Below, piece by piece: positions 27,238 through 33,954 of a DNA stretch of 33,954 nucleotides; position 1 is the stretch's first letter, and the number at the start of each line of letters is the position of its first letter. The position numbers and the translations under genes were made by a program. This DNA comes from an uncultured Methanoregulaceae archaeon (GTDB lineage Archaea; Halobacteriota; Methanomicrobia; Methanomicrobiales; Methanospirillaceae). The DNA lies in contig CAZGXZ010000002.1 of NCBI GenBank assembly GCA_964530035.1, positions 1 to 33,954 on the forward strand, read 5' to 3'. The notes beneath the pieces were generated by a model. That model was given only the letters and a program-made list of their open reading frames with translations. It ran no database searches and was not told where the DNA came from.

Positions 27238-27403
27238 TTACCCTGCCCGCAAACCGTGAAAATAGATGGAATGTGCTTAAATCACAAAAATAAATTTGTT
27301 TCGCGGTTTGTAGGGGAACCCGTGCGGTTCACGCCCGTGACGACCCACCTCGAACATTTATTGCCACAAAGGGCGAGATGTGAGCAGCAGAGCGTTGCCT
27401 CAT

Positions 27404-27904
27404 ATGAAACAGATAGTTCCCAAAAAACGGCATATCCTCCGCAAGGACGATGCCATGATGGTGTATGAACGACTCCGGGGGGAGATTGGAGATTCATCCC
27501 AGCTGTTTTTCACGCCACAGCCAGAGATCCTCGAGACCAATGGGGATATCGTCCTTTACCTCGTGAACAGGAAACCGTATCTCATGGCTTTTGACGGGTT
27601 TATCTTCCCAACGCTCAAGGGGGCGGTAGAGCGACCTTTTCCTGAACGAAGGGTGGTGGTGGACATGGGGGCCGTACCGTTCGTTATCAAGGGTGCGGAC
27701 ATCATGAGGCCGGGAGTGATCTCATGCACACCCGACGTACAGGCAGGGCAGCCGGTGCAGATTGTTGATGAACGGCATGGGAAGGCCCTCGGAATCGGTA
27801 TCGCCCTTGCCGATGCACCAGCGCTGATGGGAGCGGAGGGAGGAAAGGTAGTCAAGAACCGTTTCCATATCGGGGACGAACTCTGGAACCTCGACCTCGG
27901 CTGA
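27404..27904 (+). CDS. PUA-domain RNA-binding protein (MCT-1/Tma20-like)
   Basis: FPTLKG, VVVDMGAVPFVIKGADIMRPGV, HIGDELW. Start moved to ATG 27404. Confidence 0.9.
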   Translation: MKQIVPKKRHILRKDDAMMVYERLRGEIGDSSQLFFTPQPEILETNGDIVLYLVNRKPYLMAFDGFIFPTLKGAVERPFPERRVVVDMGAVPFVIKGADIMRPGVISCTPDVQAGQPVQIVDERHGKALGIGIALADAPALMGAEGGKVVKNRFHIGDELWNLDLG

Positions 27905-27974
27905 ATCCCATGGAGGCTGGAAGATTCTCCGGGGCAGTCAGTTCCGTGGTACAAGGAAACAATAACAGATATCA

Positions 27975-27981
27975 TTAAATA
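27975..27981 (+). promoter_or_regulatory. Putative TATA box of sepF-zpr1
   Basis: TTAAATA in an AT-rich spacer about 25 nt upstream of the sepF ATG. Confidence 0.45.
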
Positions 27982-28005
27982 AAAATTAACGGAAAAAAGA
28001 CAGGT

Positions 28006-28374
28006 ATGGTAAAATTTATCGATACGCTCCTTGGGAAAACAGCCGGAGTTCACGAAGACGACTACATGGACCTCGACCTTGAGAGCTACGAGCTTTCCGA
28101 CGAGGGGTCCCCGGCCCTTTTTGTCAAGATCGCCGTAATCGGTGATATCAAGGAGAGCCCGAAGATCAAGGACGAAGTCTATAACGGCAACATCGTAATC
28201 GTCGATATTTCCCGTCTCAAGATGGACAAGGTCATGTACGAGCGGGTCCTGAAGGATTTAAAAGAGGTCGCAAAGGATGTCAACGGTGATATCATCGGCC
28301 TCGGGGACCAGCGATATGTCGTCGTGACCCCGAACTCAGTCAAGATATCTCGCGACAGGGTCGGGGGCGCCTAG
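28006..28374 (+). CDS. sepF: Cell division protein SepF (archaeal)
   Basis: IKDEVYNGNIVIVDIS, VNGDIIGL, VVVTPNSVKISR; short amphipathic N-terminus followed by an acidic linker. Confidence 0.88.
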   Translation: MVKFIDTLLGKTAGVHEDDYMDLDLESYELSDEGSPALFVKIAVIGDIKESPKIKDEVYNGNIVIVDISRLKMDKVMYERVLKDLKEVAKDVNGDIIGLGDQRYVVVTPNSVKISRDRVGGA

Positions 28375-28892
28375 TGCGGACCGCGGTGCGCGGTCCGTGC
28401 CCAGTCTGTGAGAGCGATATCGAGTATATTTACGAAACCGACAATATCCCCTATTTTTACGATACCCTGATCATCTCGACGGTGTGCCCGTCATGCGGTT
28501 ACCGGTATGCCGACACGCAGCCTTTGAAGAGCGGTGAACCATGCCGGTGGGAATTCCCCATCGAGAGCCCCGATGACCTCTCGGTGAGGGTGGTCAGGAG
28601 TGCACAAAGCCGTGTATCTATCCCGGAGCTCGGGGTGAACATTGATCCCGGCCCGGCGTGTGAAGGATTTGTTTCAAATATCGAGGGGCTGCTGGAAAGG
28701 GTTACTCAGGCGGTCGTGCTCCTGGTCACCTGTTGCGATGACCCGGGGGAAAAGGAGAGGGGGGAGGAGTTCCTGGCCAGGATCGTTCAGGTAAAAGAAG
28801 GATCCCTCCCTGTCACGGTAATCATCGAGGACCCATCGGGGACCAGCTCGATAGTATCTGAAAAAGCGAGAAAAACGAGTATTGATGCCTGA
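28374..28892 (+). CDS. ZPR1 zinc-finger domain protein
   Basis: CPVC...IPYF...CPSCGYR, RVVRS, IPELG, EGFVSNIEG, IEDPSGTS; GTG start overlaps the sepF stop. Confidence 0.93.
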   Translation: MRTAVRGPCPVCESDIEYIYETDNIPYFYDTLIISTVCPSCGYRYADTQPLKSGEPCRWEFPIESPDDLSVRVVRSAQSRVSIPELGVNIDPGPACEGFVSNIEGLLERVTQAVVLLVTCCDDPGEKERGEEFLARIVQVKEGSLPVTVIIEDPSGTSSIVSEKARKTSIDA

Positions 28893-28901
28893 TAACCGCT
28901 A

Positions 28902-29894
28902 TCAGACGATTTCCTTCCCATGGAGGGACACCCCTGCTTTTCCGGTAACCTCTCCCACCACCCGTGAACCCGGGACCTGTTTCCGGATGATCGCGACTGA
29001 TTCCTCAGGTGCGATGAATGCATACCCCATCCCCATGTTGAACGTCCTGTAGAGCTCGTTCTCTGAAAGGCCGCCGGCTTCTGCCATCCAGGTGAAGATC
29101 TCCTGGGGGGGCAGGGGGTCGGTAAAGGAGAATCCATAGGGGGATAATCTCTTGAAGTTCAGGAGTCCGCCACCGGTAACGTGACACATTCCGTGAACTT
29201 CACACGAGGAAACAACGCCAAGAGCCTCGTGATAAATCCGGGTCGGTTTCAGGAGCTCCTCCCCGAATGTCATGCCGGATTTCATTTTTTCATTATACAC
29301 CGCATGGTCCTCGACGATACGGCGTGCCAGGGTGAGACCGTTGCTGTGGATTCCTGACGAAGGAACTCCGATTATCCTGTCCCCGGGACGGATTTTCTCC
29401 CCGGTAACGACCTTGTCCTGCTGTTGTATCCCGAGGCAGGTCCCCGCGAGGTCAAGACCGTTTACCAGCCCGGACAGTGTTGCTGTCTCCCCGCCAACGA
29501 TTGAGATGTTGGCGATCCTCGCCCCTTCGTTGAGGCCTTCGCCAATCTCTTCCATCTTCGAAACAGAGAGCATATCAGTAGCAATATAGTCTACAAAAGC
29601 AATGGGTTCGAGGTTCATGACATACAGGTCGTTGACATTCATTGCGATGCAGTCAATCCCGACCGTTTTCCAGTTCCGAAGCCTGTCAGCCACCAGCATT
29701 TTCGTCCCGACGCCATCGACGGTCAGGGCGAGGACATGGTTCCCGAAACGTATCATACCGGCGAAATGGCCCACCGACCCGTCCATCTCGAACGATCCCC
29801 TGCGCCGGTAGGTCAGCCGGGATATGAGGGCTCTGACTGCTGTGGCTTCGAGGTCGATGTCGACCCCGGCGGCACGGTAGGCATCCTCAGTCAT
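28902..29894 (-). CDS. purM: Phosphoribosylformylglycinamidine cyclo-ligase (AIR synthetase)
   Basis: YRAAGVDID, DGVGTK, GIDCIAMNVND, GGETA, SSGIHSNG, HVTGGG, RTFNMG. Start moved to ATG 29894. Confidence 0.97.
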   Translation of the reverse strand: MTEDAYRAAGVDIDLEATAVRALISRLTYRRRGSFEMDGSVGHFAGMIRFGNHVLALTVDGVGTKMLVADRLRNWKTVGIDCIAMNVNDLYVMNLEPIAFVDYIATDMLSVSKMEEIGEGLNEGARIANISIVGGETATLSGLVNGLDLAGTCLGIQQQDKVVTGEKIRPGDRIIGVPSSGIHSNGLTLARRIVEDHAVYNEKMKSGMTFGEELLKPTRIYHEALGVVSSCEVHGMCHVTGGGLLNFKRLSPYGFSFTDPLPPQEIFTWMAEAGGLSENELYRTFNMGMGYAFIAPEESVAIIRKQVPGSRVVGEVTGKAGVSLHGKEIV

Positions 29895-31287
29895 CGGACT
29901 CCTCTGAAAGCCGGTATTCCTCATGCAATATACGGACCGCCCTGGGACCGTCGTCCTGTGAAACGACAAATGAGATGTTCGCCTCTGACGACCCCTGCGA
30001 GATCATCATCACGTTGATGCCTTCACGGCCAAGGGCTGAAAATATTCGACCTCCGGTCCCTTTTGCCCCGGCCATGCCCGCCCCGACCGCTGCAACGGCT
30101 GCGACATCACGGTTTGCAGATACTTCCCGGACAACCCCCTGGGAAACAAGGGCCTGGAGGGCTTCGACAGCACATCCAACCTGGGACTCGTCGATAACCA
30201 GTGAGATGTTCGCCTCTGACGACCCCTGCGAGATCATCATCACGTTGATCTCGTGATCTGCAAGGGCTGAAAAAATGGCACGGGCTACACCGGGGCGTCC
30301 GATCATCTGGGCACCGCATATCGCGATAGTGGCCACATTGCCGATATAGGTGAGCGCCTTGACGACGCGCCGGTCTTTCTCGGCATGACGGACAATGCGG
30401 GTCCCTTCGAAGGACGGGTTGAAGGTATTTCTCACGAGCACAGGGGTACCTTTCCGCATGGCCGGCTCGATCGACCTCGGGTGCATCACCTTTGCCCCGA
30501 AAAAGGATAGTTCCATGATCTCGAGGTAGGACACGGAGGAGAGTACTCGTGCAGACGGGACCAGTCTCGGGTCGGTGGTCATGATCCCGTCAACATCAGT
30601 CCATATCCATATCTCGTCAGCATCGATTCCGCAGCCGATCAGAACCGCGGAATAGTCTGATCCGCTCCGTCCGAGCGTTGTGACGATCCCATCGCGGGTA
30701 TATCCCATGAACCCCATGATGACAGGGACGGCTCCAGGCAGGATTGGGATGATGCGGCCTGATATCCTCTCTTCGCTCTCAGGCAGGGCAATCGCCTCAC
30801 CGTGGTGGTCCGTTGTCAGGATACCCGCTTCCCCTCCGTCGAGGACAGGCGCGTTCATTCCCTTCTGCCTGAGGGCAGCTGCAACAACCGGGGCGTTCAT
30901 GCGTTCGCCAAAGGTGATGATGTAGTCACGGGACCGGGGAGTCAGCTCACGGAGGTTGTACACCGCCTGCAGGATGTTCCTGAGTGCATCGAGCCGTTCT
31001 TCGATGACCGTGGCCGCATCTTCAGCGAAATCCGGGGCCACCGCGTCGAGGACACGGACATGGCGGAGTCGGAGCGACTGGATAAGCGGGTCAATCCCGT
31101 CAGTACCGGTTCCTGATGCCACTTCGTCCGCTATTGTAATCAACTGGTCCGTAACACCCCGCTGTGCCGAGATTACCACGGCGACCTCATCTCCTGCCTC
31201 ACGGTGTGCGCCGATGATGGCTGCAGTCCGTCCGACCGATTCGGCATCAGCAACCGATGTCCCTCCAAACTTCATTAAAAGTCTCAT
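29887..31287 (-). CDS. lysC: Aspartate kinase with two ACT domains
   Basis: MKFGGTSV, TTLGRSGSDYSA, IWTDVDGIMTTDPR, FGAKVMHP; two INVMMISQGSSEANIS ACT segments. Confidence 0.95.
   Translation of the reverse strand: MRLLMKFGGTSVADAESVGRTAAIIGAHREAGDEVAVVISAQRGVTDQLITIADEVASGTGTDGIDPLIQSLRLRHVRVLDAVAPDFAEDAATVIEERLDALRNILQAVYNLRELTPRSRDYIITFGERMNAPVVAAALRQKGMNAPVLDGGEAGILTTDHHGEAIALPESEERISGRIIPILPGAVPVIMGFMGYTRDGIVTTLGRSGSDYSAVLIGCGIDADEIWIWTDVDGIMTTDPRLVPSARVLSSVSYLEIMELSFFGAKVMHPRSIEPAMRKGTPVLVRNTFNPSFEGTRIVRHAEKDRRVVKALTYIGNVATIAICGAQMIGRPGVARAIFSALADHEINVMMISQGSSEANISLVIDESQVGCAVEALQALVSQGVVREVSANRDVAAVAAVGAGMAGAKGTGGRIFSALGREGINVMMISQGSSEANISFVVSQDDGPRAVRILHEEYRLSEESDD
29971..30249. repeat. 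Perfect 48-bp direct repeat inside aspartate kinase (29971-30018 and 30202-30249)
   Basis: TGAGATGTTCGCCTCTGACGACCCCTGCGAGATCATCATCACGTTGAT occurs twice, 231 bp apart. Confidence 0.95.
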
Positions 31288-31349
31288 TCAGACCTCCCCT
31301 GCCCGGATACTCCTTATTTATGTACTGGTACGACGAACCTAATACTTAA

Positions 31350-32975
31350 ATGGTGGCGGAGGGGGTCGTAAAAACCCATGTCCTCGTCATTGGCAGCGGA
31401 GGCGCGGGCGTAAGAGCGGCGATCGAGGCGTCACGGTATGGCAGCTGCGCCCTCGTATCGAAGACCATAATAGGCAAGGGAGGATGTACCACGATGGCCG
31501 AGGGGGGTTACAACGCGGTCCTTAGGGAACAGGACGGCTGCGAAATCCACTATGGTGACACCCTGAAAGGCGGCGCCTACCTGAACGACCCCGATCTGGT
31601 CCGGGTTCTTGTAGGGGAGTCTCCTGAACGGATCCGGGACCTCGTGGAGTGGGGGGCGGTCTTTGACCTGACTCCCGAGTGCCAGATCGCACAACGTCCC
31701 TTTGGTGGCCAGCGATTCCCGCGGACATGTTATGCAGGAGACCGTACCGGTCACGAGATCATGGCCACCCTGGTAGAACGGCTTGGGTCAACGGATGCCG
31801 AGTGTCACCACGAGGTTTCAATCATCGACCTCATGACCGGCGCTGACGGGGTCACGGGAGCCATCGGCCTCGACCGCAACGGCGAAATCCAGGTGTTCCT
31901 TGCAGACCAGACCGTGCTGGCAACAGGAGGGGGGACCCGTATCTTTGACATATCGACCAACTCCACGAGTGGCACGGGAGACGGGTATGCAATGGGGTAC
32001 CGTGCCGGGGCTGAACTTATTGACATGGAACAGGTGCAGTTCCACCCGACAGGCGCAGTGTATCCCTACGATGCCCGGGGCAGGCTTGTCACGGAAGCGG
32101 TCAGGGGAGAGGGGGGCGTTTTGAAAAATGCCCTCGGAGAGCGGTTCATGAAACGGTATGACCCCGAGCGTATGGAACTTTCAACCCGCGACGTGGTCTC
32201 GCGGTCCATTGCCACCGAGATCCTTGAAGGCCGTGGGACAGTACATGGCGGCGTGAACCTTGACGTAAGCCACCTCCCCCGCGAGGTCATCGAAGCCCGT
32301 CTCCCGGTCATGCTCGAACAGTTCATGCGATACGGGGTTGACATCAGGGACGTCCCGATGGAGGTCGCTCCGACGGCACACCACATCATGGGCGGGCTCA
32401 GGATAGGTCCCGAGTGCAGGACAACGAAACCCGGCCTCTTCGCCTGCGGAGAGGTTTCCGGCGGAGTCCACGGAGCTAACCGGCTTGGTGGAAACGCCCT
32501 GGCTGAGACCCAGGTCTTTGGAAAGAGGGCGGGGGAATATGCCGGCAGATCCCCAAAACGGGATCTCGAAGTCAACACGTCGCAGGTCGCCGCCACGGAG
32601 GTCCTCCTCGAATCCTTCGAGCAGGGATCTGCCAGTCCTGCAGCCCTGAGGGACAACCTCAAATCGGCGATGTGGGAGGGCGCCGGTATCTTCAGGACCG
32701 CTGAAAAGCTGAAGGCGACCCTCATGACGATAGAAAGGCTTCAATATGAGCACCCGGTTTCGAAGGGCCGCCAGGGGCTCGCTGACTGCTGCACGCTCAG
32801 GAACATGCTCGGGACCGCGAGGATGATCGTGTCCTGTGCACTCCTGAGGGAAGAGTCCCGTGGAGCCCATGTCAGGTCGGATATCAGGCAGGACTGGGAA
32901 CCCCAATCCTCTCCATACGGGCATACCTGGATCTCAGTTTCAGGAATGGGGATCGAGCGGGTGGTGCGTTCATGA
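31350..32975 (+). CDS. tfrA: Thiol:fumarate reductase (CoM/CoB-dependent) flavoprotein subunit
   Basis: FAD motif GSGGAG, QFHPTG, EAVRGEGG, RDVVSR, HHIMGG, HGANRLGGNAL; lacks the covalent-FAD His (GGCTTMAEGG); followed by a CCG-domain Fe-S subunit. Confidence 0.92.
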   Translation: MVAEGVVKTHVLVIGSGGAGVRAAIEASRYGSCALVSKTIIGKGGCTTMAEGGYNAVLREQDGCEIHYGDTLKGGAYLNDPDLVRVLVGESPERIRDLVEWGAVFDLTPECQIAQRPFGGQRFPRTCYAGDRTGHEIMATLVERLGSTDAECHHEVSIIDLMTGADGVTGAIGLDRNGEIQVFLADQTVLATGGGTRIFDISTNSTSGTGDGYAMGYRAGAELIDMEQVQFHPTGAVYPYDARGRLVTEAVRGEGGVLKNALGERFMKRYDPERMELSTRDVVSRSIATEILEGRGTVHGGVNLDVSHLPREVIEARLPVMLEQFMRYGVDIRDVPMEVAPTAHHIMGGLRIGPECRTTKPGLFACGEVSGGVHGANRLGGNALAETQVFGKRAGEYAGRSPKRDLEVNTSQVAATEVLLESFEQGSASPAALRDNLKSAMWEGAGIFRTAEKLKATLMTIERLQYEHPVSKGRQGLADCCTLRNMLGTARMIVSCALLREESRGAHVRSDIRQDWEPQSSPYGHTWISVSGMGIERVVRS

Positions 32976-33954
32976 TATCCCTCAAGGTAAAGGTGAGCCG
33001 GTTCAACCCGGTAACCGATACCGGGCCGCGCCTTGTCGAGTACGAGGTAAGGGTCCATGAAGGGGCAAGAATCCTCCATGTGCTCCATGCAATCCACGAT
33101 ACCATCGACCCCACCCTCTCCTTCAGGTCATCCTGTGAAGCCGGGCAGTGCGGGAGCTGTGCGGTCGTCGCTGACGGCATACCTGTCCTCGCCTGCTACG
33201 AGGAGGCGCGCGACGGAATGGTCATCCAGCCGCTCGCGCTCCCCGTCATCCGCGACCTGGTCGTTGACCTTGTTCCGGCCCTGAATGATATCCCGGGCCT
33301 CGTGCCGAAACAGGGCTGCCAGCCGCCGTCATACGAGGAGATGGAGGCCATCAAGCCGCTCCGCAGCTGTATATCCTGCCTTGCGTGCCTTTCTGTCTGC
33401 CCGGCGGTTCGTGTTATCCGGTTTGCCGGCCCGACCGCCATGAGACAGGAGATGCGGCTTGCCCTTGACCCCCGTGATGACGTGGACCGTGTGACCCAGG
33501 CGGTCGAAAACGGTCTTTTTACCTGCACGTCATGCCAGGCGTGCTGGAAGGTGTGCCCGAAGGACATCCGGATACCGGGAAAGGCAATCGAAAAACTCCG
33601 AGCCCTTGCAGGCCGGAAGGGACTCACCCTCCCACGGCACCTGGAAGTCAACGAACTCATCAGGACCACGGGGAGAAGTGTTGCACCTGAAGGTCCTTCA
33701 TTCCTCGAACAGGTCGACGAGGTGATAGAACCCGACGGGGAGGTGAAGGGAACGGTCGGCTTTTTCGTCGGGTGCATGTACACCATGCGGCTCCCGATGA
33801 CACCCCACGACGCCCTCTCGGTGCTGAAAAGAAACGGTATCAGGGTCATCATCCCGAAGGAACAGATATGCTGCGGGTCGCCATTGATCAGGACAGGGCA
33901 GCCGGATTATGTCAGGACCCTCCAAAGGCGCAATATCGACGCATTCGCCTTCAG
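32972..33954 (+). CDS. tfrB: Thiol:fumarate reductase Fe-S / CCG subunit; runs off the right edge of the window
   Basis: Not in the ORF track. ATG 32972 (ATGA overlap). Manual translation gives [2Fe-2S] SCEAGQCGSCAV...LAC, [4Fe-4S] CISCLACLSVCP and CTSCQACWKVCP, and an HdrD-like CCG domain FFVGC...QICCGSP. Confidence 0.93.
   Translation, partial: MISLKVKVSRFNPVTDTGPRLVEYEVRVHEGARILHVLHAIHDTIDPTLSFRSSCEAGQCGSCAVVADGIPVLACYEEARDGMVIQPLALPVIRDLVVDLVPALNDIPGLVPKQGCQPPSYEEMEAIKPLRSCISCLACLSVCPAVRVIRFAGPTAMRQEMRLALDPRDDVDRVTQAVENGLFTCTSCQACWKVCPKDIRIPGKAIEKLRALAGRKGLTLPRHLEVNELIRTTGRSVAPEGPSFLEQVDEVIEPDGEVKGTVGFFVGCMYTMRLPMTPHDALSVLKRNGIRVIIPKEQICCGSPLIRTGQPDYVRTLQRRNIDAFAF

Noticed and set aside
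33196..33925. Minus-strand ORFs near the right edge
   Set aside because: Shadows of tfrB, whose Fe-S motifs are clear on the plus strand.

Overview
This is a gene-dense chromosomal window from a methanogenic archaeon. Gene content suggests Methanomicrobiales (inference): TfrAB, HypF, Isf, class II LysRS, Lsm-rpl37e, SepF, ZPR1 and an archaeal initiator tRNA. Most of it is housekeeping: hypF, lysS, trxA, tRNA-iMet, purF, rpl37e, lsm, PUA, sepF, zpr1, purM, aspartate kinase, tfrA/tfrB, an ABC-2 exporter, two helicases and a Na+/solute symporter. No CRISPR array, transposase or integrase was seen. The most interesting parts are: (1) a coupled two-gene unit encoding a 650-aa DUF47/PhoU-tailed protein and a pyruvate-phosphate-dikinase-like enzyme that keeps its ATP-grasp and phospho-His domains but lacks the pyruvate-binding domain, a candidate phosphate-sensing or phosphotransfer system; (2) a candidate Phe-rich leader peptide whose Phe codons form an oligo-U tract, in a hairpin-rich leader upstream of the symporter operon; (3) adjacent secreted proteins with cohesin-like and dockerin-like modules; (4) a perfect 48-bp repeat between the two ACT domains of aspartate kinase. 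Family assignments come from motif recognition only; no searches were run.
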